Source: an uncultured Verrucomicrobiales bacterium (lineage in GTDB: Bacteria; Verrucomicrobiota; Verrucomicrobiia; Verrucomicrobiales; DEV007). Taken from it: a DNA stretch of 60,962 bases. The stretch covers positions 1-60,962 of the forward strand of contig CALKOM010000040.1 of the NCBI GenBank assembly GCA_938091905.1, in the 5' to 3' direction. The position numbers and the translations under genes were made by a program. Below the pieces are notes generated by a model. The model saw nothing but the letters and a program-made list of their open reading frames with translations, did no database searches and had not been told where the DNA came from. This document shows, piece by piece, positions 1-9,642 of this stretch; position 1 is the stretch's first letter; each line of letters opens with the position of its first letter.

Positions 1-140
1 AAGATTCGAGCCAAAGCGCCCATCATCGCAAGCACTATTACCAAGGGCATCAATCAGCGCGGCCTCCAAAGACGTCCTTGGAATCACCCGTCACAACCAA
101 ATCACTCGGAGCCGTCAGTCTAACTCCGACAGACTCCTAG
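1..140 (+). mobile_element. Probable right end of an insertion sequence (IS1182/IS5-like) inserted at a CTAG in the peroxidase gene
   Basis: Frame +3 is open from 3 to TAG 138-140 and ends ...SLTPTDS*, resembling IS1182-type transposase ends that run into the IR (from memory). Peroxidase homology on the minus strand stops exactly at CTAG 137-140. Confidence 0.5.
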
Positions 141-975
141 AAAGAAGTTTGGAGCGAAGGCCGATGGCGCGTTCTCAAGCCCGGCGGTGTTGAATGGGAG
201 AAATCCCCCAGGACTTGTCTTGAGTCGTCCCGTGCCATCGAGTGTGCGAAGCGCGGATGCCCGTTCTTTGTCAGAGCCGTAGACATTGGAGGCGTCAATA
301 AAAGCGCTGATGCTGTTCATCTGTTGGCGAATGGCAGAGTTGTCGACCTCGTAGTCGGATCGGTCCAGGGCGATGACTTGAGTGCCTGTGTTTGTGGGGG
401 CGAGTTGAGGGTCAGCAGCTGGCACGCTGATGCCGAAGCTCTCGACGGGATCCGCAGCGTGAGTAAGGTCAATGTCATGATCAACAAACTGGCCCCACTG
501 CCAGAGGTAGTCTGACGCCCTTGCTCTGTTCGGAATATAGGTATCCTGAGCTGCGCAGGCATTGCTGACAGCACGAGCGCTTGGGCGATTGTCGCCAGAA
601 GGAGCCTCAAGACCATCGGTGTAGTTCTCTTCTGTAAGCCGCAGTAGTCTGACGCCGACGCTGCTTTGTGAGGGGCGTCTAACGTTGTTTCCCATACCGT
701 CTGCCGAGCGGTACTGGGTGGGGAACTCCAGCTCTTGACCTTGGATGGGATCGTTTACCGTATTGGGCGGCGTGCGTGGCGGCCGTTGACTATTGGTGCC
801 GCGGTCTCGAGGTGTGGCGCGGGTTGGAAATGGGGGCGGCTTGCTGGCCGCGCACGCGCTGGCCACCTTGCCGTTCGCCCCCGCGATCACGCTGGGACCA
901 TGCGGTGGTCAGGGGGAGGCTTAGAGCCACGGCAACGATTGTCACGCGGTGCCGTGACAGAGGGTTTCGTTTCAT
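137..975 (-). pseudogene. Secreted animal-type heme peroxidase (peroxidase-cyclooxygenase superfamily), N-terminal part, frameshifted and truncated
   Basis: Motifs YRSADGMGNN, WQWGQFVDHDIDLT and RQQMNSISAFIDASNVYGS. Homology ends at FFL, just before the expected (A)GDxR. A signal-peptide ORF (MKRNPLSRHRVTIVAVALSLPLTTAWSQ, 975-790) lies upstream in a different frame. Confidence 0.8.
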
Positions 976-1090
976 GGGATTGTTTAGTTAGTGGGTGGGA
1001 AGTGATCGACAAACGGGGGATCCAGTCGTCGGGTGTCTTCGTCACCCTTCTAACTAAGACCGCTCACATGACGGGAGTGAGGGAGGAAAG

Positions 1091-1106
1091 ATGAGAAAGT
1101 TGTCAT
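1091..1106. promoter_or_regulatory. CusR/CopR-box-like operator
   Basis: ATGAGAAAGTTGTCAT has one mismatch to the palindrome ATGACAAnnTTGTCAT and lies in the divergent promoter region of the OmpR-type regulator. Confidence 0.55.
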
Positions 1107-1147
1107 GCTCTCGCCTCGACCAAGATGAACGCTATCGGTTTCCGCGA

Positions 1148-1163
1148 ATGACAGAATGTTCAT
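1148..1163. promoter_or_regulatory. Second, weaker CusR-box-like site
   Basis: ATGACAGAATGTTCAT has the same 16-bp ATGA...TCAT frame. Confidence 0.4.
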
Positions 1164-1214
1164 CTGGAAGATTTTGCATCGGACAAATGGCGATCTTGGT
1201 CTTAAGATTACTGG

Positions 1215-1889
1215 GTGCATGTCCTAGTGGTAGAAGATCAGCCGAAGATCGCTTCCTTCGTTCAGAAAGGTTTGGAAGAGCAGGGGATGGTAGTCGACCT
1301 GTGCCTTGATGGCGATGAGGGCTATGAACTTGCGAAGACGGGATCTTACGACGCGCTGGTCCTTGATATCATGCTTCCGGGGCGTGATGGCTTGAGCATT
1401 CTGCGCAATTTGAGAGAACAGAAGAATCAGGTGCCCGTGCTCTTACTAACGGCGAGGGACTCTCTTAACGAGCGCGTTGAGGGGCTCAATCTTGGGGCTG
1501 ATGATTATCTGACAAAGCCCTTCTATGTCGAAGAATTGACGGCGCGTTTGCATACGATTGTCAGACGATCTAGCGGCCAGAGTCTTAATGTGCTTCACGT
1601 GGAGGATCTGAAAGTGGATCTGATCAAGAGGGAGGTGACTCGCGGTGGCGATAACATTGATCTGACCGCCCGTGAGTTTGAATTGTTAGAGTATCTCATG
1701 CGGAGTCCTGGGCGCGTTTTCACGAGGATACAGATCTGTGAGCATGTGTGGAATTATCACTTCGATCCGCAGACAAATCTGGTCGATGTCTATATCAAGC
1801 GGCTTCGAAAGAAGCTTGATCAGCCCTACGAGTTGAAGCTCATTCAAACGGTACGCGGCGTTGGTTATCGCTTGGGTAGCAAGTCCTAG
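1215..1889 (+). CDS. OmpR-family response regulator (CusR/CzcR-like)
   Basis: Receiver motifs VLVVED, LDIMLPG, LLLTAR and GADDYLTKPF. Winged helix ends NLVDVYIKRLRKK...TVRGVGY. Confidence 0.95.
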   Translation: MHVLVVEDQPKIASFVQKGLEEQGMVVDLCLDGDEGYELAKTGSYDALVLDIMLPGRDGLSILRNLREQKNQVPVLLLTARDSLNERVEGLNLGADDYLTKPFYVEELTARLHTIVRRSSGQSLNVLHVEDLKVDLIKREVTRGGDNIDLTAREFELLEYLMRSPGRVFTRIQICEHVWNYHFDPQTNLVDVYIKRLRKKLDQPYELKLIQTVRGVGYRLGSKS

Positions 1890-1892
1890 AGA

Positions 1893-3458
1893 ATGAAATC
1901 TTTTCGGCTCAAGCTCGCCGTGATCATGGCTCTAGTGCCAAGTGTGATTGTACTTGCGTTTGGGCTCGTCGCTTGGTGGACCCTTCATCGGCAGATGCTG
2001 ACGTCGCTGGACCTTAAAATGACATTGCCAGGCAATGCGCTGTCTCGCCAGGTCTCGCCAGACACGGATACTTCCAAGTTTCAAGAATGGAGCCAGACCT
2101 TTCTTGAGGGAGTTCCTGCTGGGGGGCGTCTCGTTTCGTGGGTCCTCGTGATGAATAATCGCTCTGGCGAGGTTCTCAGTGCTAGTGATAAGGGCATTGC
2201 CGATGTCAAGGTACTGAATAGCTATCTACCAAAGGATAGTGACTTTGTGAAGGTGCCGCGAATGGATCCTCCTAGCCGTCGAGGTGAGCCTCGGGGGAGG
2301 CAGCGGCCTCCCGGTTTTGAAGATGGCCCGCCACCTCGCCGAGGTCGCGGTGGTGGCCCTCCGCCATCCAAGCCCAAACGTGGAGGGGGAGAACGACGGC
2401 CTTCTGATAGGGGGGACTATCGCCCTCCGGTCTTCTTCTCGACTGGGGCTGCGACGGAGCAATGGAGGGTTGGAGCCTTTAGTAATCCCTACGCGACTGT
2501 GTTTGTTGGGGCCGATTTGGGGACGTTCCAAGCGGAAGTGGATCAAGTGCGCACGCATTTCATTTTAGCCGTGGGGGCTGGAATAGCGTTGTCGGCTTTG
2601 GCCGGTTGGATGATTGCTAGCAAAGCCATTCGTCCGATCGATCGGATTGCAGAGACCGCTGAACGCGTTACCGCGCTTGGGCTGGATCGGCGTATTGGGC
2701 TGACCGGGAGGGAGGACAAAGAATTCGCTAGGTTGATCAAGGTTCTCAACGCCATGATGGAGCGGCTGGAAGATAGCTTTCAGCATGCGGCTAGGTTCAG
2801 TGCCGATGCCTCTCACGAACTCAAGACACCGCTGGCTGTCATGCGTGGTGAGCTCGAGAGAGGGCTCAAGGAGTGCACGCCAGGTTCTGAACAAGAGCAG
2901 CGTTTCATCGAGCTTTCTGAGGAAGTGCACCGGTTGAATCAGATCACCGAAGCGCTCTTAACGCTTTCGCGTGCTGACTCTGGTTCGTTGCAGCTCGATA
3001 CGACCGAGTTCTCTCTGAGTGATGCCTTGGAAAGCTTCTGCGAGGATGCAGAGATTCTCTGTCTGGACAAAGAGCTGACCTTTAATTCGAATATCGAGGA
3101 CGGCCTCGTGATTTCAGCTGACTGCGTCTTGGTGCTCTCAGTACTTCATAACTTGGTAAGTAATGCCATTAAATACAATGAAGAGGATGGAGATGTGGTG
3201 ATCAACGCATCGCGGTCTGTAAATGATGTGGTGATCGAAGTGGCCAACTCGGGGCCAGGAATTCCCGATGACCAACGTGACAGTATCTTCAGGCGTTTCT
3301 ATCGAGTAGACGATGCTCGCTCGCGGCAGCGAGATGGCTTTGGGCTGGGATTGAATATTGCGATGGAGCTTACATTGGTGAATGGTGGAGAACTTCGCTT
3401 GCTGGATGACTCATCATCGGGACAAACCCGCTTTGCCGTGCAGTTCCCCGCTGTTTGA
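1893..3458 (+). CDS. HAMP sensor histidine kinase (CusS-like)
   Basis: Two TM segments, HAMP, H-box FSADASHELKTPL, N-box NLVSNAIKY, and G-boxes GPGI and GFGLGL. Confidence 0.95.
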   Translation: MKSFRLKLAVIMALVPSVIVLAFGLVAWWTLHRQMLTSLDLKMTLPGNALSRQVSPDTDTSKFQEWSQTFLEGVPAGGRLVSWVLVMNNRSGEVLSASDKGIADVKVLNSYLPKDSDFVKVPRMDPPSRRGEPRGRQRPPGFEDGPPPRRGRGGGPPPSKPKRGGGERRPSDRGDYRPPVFFSTGAATEQWRVGAFSNPYATVFVGADLGTFQAEVDQVRTHFILAVGAGIALSALAGWMIASKAIRPIDRIAETAERVTALGLDRRIGLTGREDKEFARLIKVLNAMMERLEDSFQHAARFSADASHELKTPLAVMRGELERGLKECTPGSEQEQRFIELSEEVHRLNQITEALLTLSRADSGSLQLDTTEFSLSDALESFCEDAEILCLDKELTFNSNIEDGLVISADCVLVLSVLHNLVSNAIKYNEEDGDVVINASRSVNDVVIEVANSGPGIPDDQRDSIFRRFYRVDDARSRQRDGFGLGLNIAMELTLVNGGELRLLDDSSSGQTRFAVQFPAV

Positions 3459-3473
3459 GATCAAATGTTGGAC

Positions 3474-4064
3474 CTAGCCCAATGATAGCTGCCGCTGCAC
3501 GTACTTGCCTAGCAGATCGAACTCAAGGTTTACCAGGTCGCTCGCTTGCTTCGTACCAAGATTGGTGACTTCGAGCGTGTGCGGAATGATCCACAGGGTG
3601 AACTGATTCTCTTCCAGATCGGCAATGGTGAGGCTGATGCCGTCGACCGCGATCGAGCCGCGCGAAATGACGAGTGGCTTGGCCGCTTCTGGGAGGGCGA
3701 TGTCGATCTTGGTGTCTTGGCCTTGGGGGCGGACGGCTAGGACTTTGGCTGTCTCGTCGACGTGGCCTTGAACGAGGTGGCCGCTGAGTCGATCCGTTGG
3801 AAGAACGGCGCGCTCTAGATTGACTCTGTCACTTGGCGAAAGTTGGCCAAGATTGGTCACGTTCAACGTTTGTTGCAGGAGATCAAAGGCGACATTGTTG
3901 TCGGTCACTTCAGTCACGGTGAGGCAGCAGCCATTGACCGCGACGCTTTCGCCGAGGGCGAGTTCGCTGGCGAAGGGAATCGCGATGAACAGACGAGCCC
4001 CGCCGTCGTCGAGAGTAGAGATCTGTTGAATCTCACCGGTGGCTTCGATAATACCTGTGAACAT
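3474..4064 (-). CDS. ribE: Riboflavin synthase (alpha chain)
   Basis: MFTGII start, GESVAVNGCCLTV, GHLVQGHVD, GSIAVDGISLT and VNLEFD. Confidence 0.97.
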   Translation of the reverse strand: MFTGIIEATGEIQQISTLDDGGARLFIAIPFASELALGESVAVNGCCLTVTEVTDNNVAFDLLQQTLNVTNLGQLSPSDRVNLERAVLPTDRLSGHLVQGHVDETAKVLAVRPQGQDTKIDIALPEAAKPLVISRGSIAVDGISLTIADLEENQFTLWIIPHTLEVTNLGTKQASDLVNLEFDLLGKYVQRQLSLG

Positions 4065-4073
4065 CAATTTATG

Positions 4074-5849
4074 TTAGAAAAGAAAGAGGAGTGCTAACAA
4101 GATAACAGCACAGACGGCCGTGGCTCCTACGGGAAAGGCTCCCCAGCGGGCATCTTCGTAGAAGGCTTGTTGCTTGTGCTGGAGTTCTTCGCCTTCTGTG
4201 CCTCGGAGTATCCAGATGGGGGTCATGGCAGCGACAACAAGCCGAGCAGGACCGTGTTGGAGGAAACGAGCGAGGCGTTTCACGCCGGAATCGACAACAG
4301 CCGCCTTGGCCACGCGATTGAGGTTGTTTAGGACGCGATTACAGAGCTCGTAGAACAAGCTGCCGCCGCGTCGATAGAACCAGTCGGTGTCTAGCACAAT
4401 GGTGTCCGTGCGTTTCAGCCACTTGATCCAAACGAAGAACGTTAGCGCCGAGAGGAGAAGAAGCTGCATTTGGTGAACAAATTTCTCGAACTTCCAGGCG
4501 CTGAATTCGTAGGCCCCGTGATTCGGCAAGATGTTGTAGAGCGGTTGTGGGTAGACACCTAACGCGATGCAGAAGAATGCCAGGATAGCCATGCCGACGA
4601 TCATGGCTTTGGGGGCTTCTTCAACGCGATGCCCTCGATCTTTGGCGAAGAAGACAAAGTAAGGAAACTTGATTCCAGCATGGAGGAATACGCCGGCGGA
4701 GGCGATTTCAAGAATCATCCATGGCCAAAAGAGGTGTTCGTAACCCGCCCCGGCGATGATCATGGTCTTGCTGGTGAAACCGCTTGTGAGCGGAACAGCG
4801 GAGATAGCGAGCGCGCCGATACAGCCTAACCAGAGACTCCAGGGCATGGACTTGTAGAGACCGCCGAGATCGGTGCATTTGCTTTTACCCACGCGGTAGA
4901 GCACGGCCCCCGCAGACATCCAGAGGAGAGATTTATAAATGATGTGGCAGAAGGCGTGGGCGACAGCCCCGTCTAGGCAGATGGCCGTGCCGATGCCGAC
5001 TGCACAGACCATGAAGCCGACTTGATTGATGATCGAGTAGGCAAGAATGCGCCGCATGTCATTCTCCAAAAGGGCATAGATGATTCCATAGACGGCCATG
5101 GCGCAACCGATGGCAATTAATATGTCCCAACCGGGATAGCCGCGGATGAGCGTGTAGACGGCGGTCTTGGTGGTGTATGCGCTGAGAATGACCGATCCGG
5201 TGACGGTCGCTTCGGGATACGCATCGGAGAGCCATGCCGAGAATGGAGGGGCTGCTGCATTCACCAAGAAGCCTAGCAGGATCATCCAAGAGCCTGCATG
5301 CTTCATTGTCTCGGGATCGAACTTGTCGAACGCTAGCGAGCCGCTGTGATGATAGGTGATGACGATCCCGGAGAGGAAGAAGAGCCCTCCGAGGATATGC
5401 AAGAGAACGTAGCGGAAGGCGGAACCGTAGGCGCGTTTGGTCCGACGCGCGAGGATCAGCATGGTCGAAGCGACGGCCATGATTTCCCAGAAGATATACA
5501 GAGAAATAAGATCGCCGGCGAAGACAGCACCCAAAGCGCTACCGATGTAGAGCAGTGCAGACACGTGTTGCGAGTTGTCTTTGACGTGGAAAGCGTAGAT
5601 AAACGCGGCCGTGGCATTGATCGTGAAGATATAGCCAAAGGCTTTGGAAAGCTTGTCGACTCGGAGAAAGGTTAGATCTCCAAAGCCAGCCAGCCAGGAG
5701 TGGTTCCAGAAATTTCCAATGGGAAGGTAGGCGACAACGAAGAATGCCAGAGCAGGAAGGCCAATGACATAGAGGCTGCGGGCCTTGCCTTTAAACAACG
5801 GGACGAGCAGTGCTCCCAAGAGCAGCACGAATGCGGGGTGGAAGGTCAT
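4074..5849 (-). CDS. mrpD: Mrp Na+/H+ antiporter subunit D-like (proton-conducting membrane transporter)
   Basis: Polytopic. FWEIMA, WLSDAYPEA, YTTKTAVY and RRILAYSIINQVG. Last antiporter gene of the operon. Confidence 0.9.
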   Translation of the reverse strand: MTFHPAFVLLLGALLVPLFKGKARSLYVIGLPALAFFVVAYLPIGNFWNHSWLAGFGDLTFLRVDKLSKAFGYIFTINATAAFIYAFHVKDNSQHVSALLYIGSALGAVFAGDLISLYIFWEIMAVASTMLILARRTKRAYGSAFRYVLLHILGGLFFLSGIVITYHHSGSLAFDKFDPETMKHAGSWMILLGFLVNAAAPPFSAWLSDAYPEATVTGSVILSAYTTKTAVYTLIRGYPGWDILIAIGCAMAVYGIIYALLENDMRRILAYSIINQVGFMVCAVGIGTAICLDGAVAHAFCHIIYKSLLWMSAGAVLYRVGKSKCTDLGGLYKSMPWSLWLGCIGALAISAVPLTSGFTSKTMIIAGAGYEHLFWPWMILEIASAGVFLHAGIKFPYFVFFAKDRGHRVEEAPKAMIVGMAILAFFCIALGVYPQPLYNILPNHGAYEFSAWKFEKFVHQMQLLLLSALTFFVWIKWLKRTDTIVLDTDWFYRRGGSLFYELCNRVLNNLNRVAKAAVVDSGVKRLARFLQHGPARLVVAAMTPIWILRGTEGEELQHKQQAFYEDARWGAFPVGATAVCAVILLALLFLF

Positions 5850-6142
5850 GAGGGGGAGTCCTCCTCTCCATCTTCGTCACCATAGAAATCTGTCGGCACT
5901 TTTAAAACAAAGCCCAACAGCTTGGCGAGAAAGATCATGATCGTGCAACTGATAAACCCAAGTAGGGCAAAGAAGCCGAAGGTGCCGTCGATACCAAACT
6001 TGGGATGCTTCTCCTTGATGAAGAATTCCAAGCCCACGGACACGGCACAACCGATGAGAAGAAGAGCCATGAGCAGCCGCTTCGTCGAATCACGATAGAC
6101 CCAGTCTTTCGTTTCTTGGTGAGGACTTTCAGGTTCGCTCAT
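5846..6142 (-). CDS. Small two-TM membrane protein within the mrp operon
   Basis: Two hydrophobic helices. Overlaps the next gene by 4 nt and lies 3 nt from the previous one. Confidence 0.8.
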   Translation of the reverse strand: MSEPESPHQETKDWVYRDSTKRLLMALLLIGCAVSVGLEFFIKEKHPKFGIDGTFGFFALLGFISCTIMIFLAKLLGFVLKVPTDFYGDEDGEEDSPS

Positions 6143-6145
6143 GGT

Positions 6146-7618
6146 TTAGAAAGTGAGCCCCGTAGCGGCTGCTGCGAGTTGGAGGAAGAAGTTCGGCCAA
6201 AAGAAGAAGAGAATGGAAAGGCACGCCGTGATGCAAAGAGGCACGAGACAGAAGAGCGGTGCTTCATGGCCGCCTTTGCTATCGGCAGGTGGAGGTAGGA
6301 AGAAGGCCTTGTAGACGATGGGCAGGAAATAAGCGGCGTTGAGCATGGAGCTGATGAGGAAGACGACGAGGAGGCCGATCTGGCCGGACTCGACGGTTCC
6401 CATGACAAGGTACCATTTGGATACTAAGCCTCCCGTGACTGGCAGACCGATGACACTGAGCGAGCCGATGGCGAAAGCGCCCATGGTGAAGGGCATCACG
6501 CGACCAATGCCGACGAGTTCACTGACATACTTCTTGTGCGCGGCGACATAGATCGCTCCGGCGCAGAAGAAGAGCGTGATCTTGCCAAAGGCATGCATGG
6601 CGATGTGCATTAGGCTTCCGGTTACCCCGAGCGGCGTGAGTAGGGAAACGCCGAGCACGATGTAGCTGAGCTGGCCAATGGTCGAGAAGGCGAGACGCCG
6701 CTTCAAGTTGTCTTGCGTGAGGGCAATGAGTGACGATGTCAGGACCGTGAAGGCTGCGATCCAGCTGATGACTTGAGCCACATCAACTGTCTGAAGAAAT
6801 TCCATGCCGAACACGCCCGTGAATACGCGGATGATGCTGAAGACGCCGACTTTGACCACAGCCACGGCGTGTAGAAGGGCAGAGACGGGCGTCGGTGCGA
6901 CCATGGCATTCGGTAGCCATGAGTGGAGAGGCATGACCCCTGCCTTTGCGAAGCCGAAGACGAAGAGAAGAAGAAGAACCAGAACGGTTGGACCAGAGAG
7001 CGCTGCCGCCCAGTTGCTCGTTTCTGTAAATGTAAGGCTCTCGCCTGACTTGAAGTAACAGAAGAGCATGGCGGGCAAGGCAAACCCAATTGAGGTGCTC
7101 AATAGGTAGGTGAGATAGGTGCGGCCACCGGATCGTGCTTCCTTATCCTGATGGTGTGTGACCAGTGGGTAGGTGGCGAGCGATAGCATCTCGTAGAACA
7201 CATAAAGCGTGAACAGATTTGCGGCGAAGGCGACTCCAAGTGTCGCGGAAAGTGAGATGGCGAAGAAGCAGAAGAACCGTGTTTGTCCGGCCTCCTTGGC
7301 ACCCCGCATGTAGCCAATAGCGTAAAATGATGTCAGGATCCAAAGGGAGGAGGCGACCAAAGCAAAGAGCATGCCAATGCTATCGACCCGGAAGGCGAGA
7401 GGAACGCCTTTGACGGCTTCAAAGAAGGTGAACTCATACACTTTGCCTTCCAGGATGCCTGGAAGCATCGTAAGAACGATAGCGAGCTTGAGGGCACCTG
7501 CACCGATGGTTGCGGCTTCGCGTAAGTTCGGCGTCTTGCGGAAGAGCAAGATCGGGATGACGGCTAGCAGAGAGGCTAGACAGGCAAAGAGGGGGAGTTG
7601 GCTGGCAATGATCTCCAT
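6146..7618 (-). CDS. mrpD: Mrp antiporter subunit D family
   Basis: FYEMLS, HSWLPNAMVAPTPVSALLHAVAVVKVG and LKRRLAFSTIGQL. Confidence 0.92.
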   Translation of the reverse strand: MEIIASQLPLFACLASLLAVIPILLFRKTPNLREAATIGAGALKLAIVLTMLPGILEGKVYEFTFFEAVKGVPLAFRVDSIGMLFALVASSLWILTSFYAIGYMRGAKEAGQTRFFCFFAISLSATLGVAFAANLFTLYVFYEMLSLATYPLVTHHQDKEARSGGRTYLTYLLSTSIGFALPAMLFCYFKSGESLTFTETSNWAAALSGPTVLVLLLLFVFGFAKAGVMPLHSWLPNAMVAPTPVSALLHAVAVVKVGVFSIIRVFTGVFGMEFLQTVDVAQVISWIAAFTVLTSSLIALTQDNLKRRLAFSTIGQLSYIVLGVSLLTPLGVTGSLMHIAMHAFGKITLFFCAGAIYVAAHKKYVSELVGIGRVMPFTMGAFAIGSLSVIGLPVTGGLVSKWYLVMGTVESGQIGLLVVFLISSMLNAAYFLPIVYKAFFLPPPADSKGGHEAPLFCLVPLCITACLSILFFFWPNFFLQLAAAATGLTF

Positions 7619-7622
7619 GTGC

Positions 7623-9200
7623 TTAGCCGCCCTGGGCGAGGTTCAGAGTTTCCAAGGCTGCGTTGATCCAGCCTGCGATCGGGCGGTTGAAGATTCCAAT
7701 GGCCAAGAGGCTGGCTGCCGCCATGAGCATCGGGGCGAGCATGGACCAGGGCACCTGTTCGAGGGTTTCGTCGGGTTGTGCATCGAGGTCCCTGCCGCGA
7801 CTGTGGTGATGCTCGTGATCTTTGTCCGTGATCTCTTCCCCATAAGCCTTTCCCCCGTGGAAATAGGCCATCTCGATCAAGCGGAAGAAGATCACAGCAT
7901 TGATGAGACTGGAGAAGAGAAGCGCGCCAACGTAGGCCCATTGGCCAGCTTCGATGCCGCCGCGAACGAGGTAATACTTGCTGAAGAAGCCACATGTAGG
8001 GGGCAGACCGATCATTGATAGAGCGGCAATCGTGAAGCCGGTCATCGTGATGGGCATCTTGCGGAAGAGCCCTTGGAAGGCTGTCAGTTCTGTTTTACCG
8101 GTCCTTGTGATGATGATACCGATGACCATGAATAGGGTGAATGTCATCATGGCATCACTGAGAATGTGATAGATCGCCCCGGTCATGCCCATGGAATTGG
8201 CTAGCCAGGCACCCCCTACCATGTAACCGACTTCGGCCACGATGAGATAGGTGAGCATCTTGCGCAGATCACTGCGGGATAGCGCGAAGAGCGATCCCGC
8301 CACAATCGCGATAACGGATAGCCCGACGACGATGTTCGTCCATTGAAGGTGATCGAAGACATACTCTGCGCCAAACAAGCTGAGCATCATGCGGATCATG
8401 ATGTAGATCATGACCTTTGTCACTAACGGACCCATCAGTGTGCTCGTGGCGGTCGGGGAATAGGCGTAGGCGTTGGGGAGCCAGCCGTGTAGTGGGAAGA
8501 AAGCCATCTTGATCCACAGGCCGATCAGAATGAGAATCAACGCGACTTGGACGGACGGCGAATCCTTTGGCAACGTGGCCAGCGCGGCATGGATGTCCGT
8601 CATGTTCAGCGTGCCCGTCTTGATGTAGAGGTAGCCGACCCCAAGCAGATAGAACGACGCGCCGATCGTGCCCATTATCACGTAATTGAACGAGGCGAGT
8701 ACGGCACGCCGGGAGCCAATGGCGATGAGGGCGTAGCTAGAGAGCGACGAGATCTCGATTAACACGTAGAGATTAAAGGCGTCATTCGTAATCGTCATGC
8801 CCGCGAGACCAGCGACGAGAAGGAGGTAGAGAATGTAGTAGTGAGGCACTTTGTTAGGAGTCTCCGTCACAACGTGCACCTTGGAATAGATGGCATTTAG
8901 GAGACCTACCGCAGCGATAGCTACGAGAACGAGACCGCTAATGGCATCGACTCGGTATTCAATACTCACCGAGAAGAGCCCCCGAGGAGTGGTTACTCGT
9001 TCCCAACCACTGAGATTGTAGAGGACGGTCCCTTGCTCTAGCACTTTTAGGAAGGTACCCACGGCCGCTGCGCAAGAGATGGCGAGCGAACCCAAGACGG
9101 TTGGCAAACACAGGCTTTGATGCCGAAAGCCGAGCAAGGCGATCAGGATCGCTCCGAAGAGGGGAGCGATAATGATGAGAATGGGAAACTGCTCAGTCAT
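7623..9200 (-). CDS. mrpD: Mrp antiporter subunit D family
   Basis: FNLYVLIEISSL, KMAFFPLHGWLPNAY and GLPPTCGFFSK. Confidence 0.92.
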   Translation of the reverse strand: MTEQFPILIIIAPLFGAILIALLGFRHQSLCLPTVLGSLAISCAAAVGTFLKVLEQGTVLYNLSGWERVTTPRGLFSVSIEYRVDAISGLVLVAIAAVGLLNAIYSKVHVVTETPNKVPHYYILYLLLVAGLAGMTITNDAFNLYVLIEISSLSSYALIAIGSRRAVLASFNYVIMGTIGASFYLLGVGYLYIKTGTLNMTDIHAALATLPKDSPSVQVALILILIGLWIKMAFFPLHGWLPNAYAYSPTATSTLMGPLVTKVMIYIMIRMMLSLFGAEYVFDHLQWTNIVVGLSVIAIVAGSLFALSRSDLRKMLTYLIVAEVGYMVGGAWLANSMGMTGAIYHILSDAMMTFTLFMVIGIIITRTGKTELTAFQGLFRKMPITMTGFTIAALSMIGLPPTCGFFSKYYLVRGGIEAGQWAYVGALLFSSLINAVIFFRLIEMAYFHGGKAYGEEITDKDHEHHHSRGRDLDAQPDETLEQVPWSMLAPMLMAAASLLAIGIFNRPIAGWINAALETLNLAQGG

Positions 9201-9627
9201 TGTTACCCAATTGCAGCTTTGCTAGTATTTCGTCTTCTTCCAAGGAATCATAGTGCAGATGCACTTTCTGGGCAATGGCCAAGGCCATTCCCAGCGTGCT
9301 CACGCCAACGACGATGGCAGTGAGCATGAGCACATGAGGGATCGGGTTGGTCACCGTCTTGGCATCGATGTAAGGGCGTTCATGATCCTCGGTATGATAG
9401 TGCCCACCATGGGGGACTTCGTGGCCTGTCAGGATCGGGATGCGCGCGTCTTCTTTCACGCCGATCGACACGTAGAAGAGAATGATGGCGGTTTGGAAAA
9501 TGCACATGCCAACCAGCTTCTTGATCAGATTGTTCTTCGCGATCATGGCGAAGAGCCCGATCATCATGAGAATCACGTAGATCCAGTAGTTGAACTTGGC
9601 GATTAAGAAATCGAGGAAGACGTCCAT
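9193..9627 (-). CDS. mrpC: Mrp antiporter subunit C
   Basis: NLIKKLVG and NPIPHVLMLTAIVVG. Three TMs. Confidence 0.92.
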   Translation of the reverse strand: MDVFLDFLIAKFNYWIYVILMMIGLFAMIAKNNLIKKLVGMCIFQTAIILFYVSIGVKEDARIPILTGHEVPHGGHYHTEDHERPYIDAKTVTNPIPHVLMLTAIVVGVSTLGMALAIAQKVHLHYDSLEEDEILAKLQLGNND

Positions 9628-9642
9628 GAATAATGTGATATG

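Noticed and set aside
4065..4073. FMN riboswitch before riboflavin synthase
   Set aside because: There is no leader space, because the gene follows mrpD directly.
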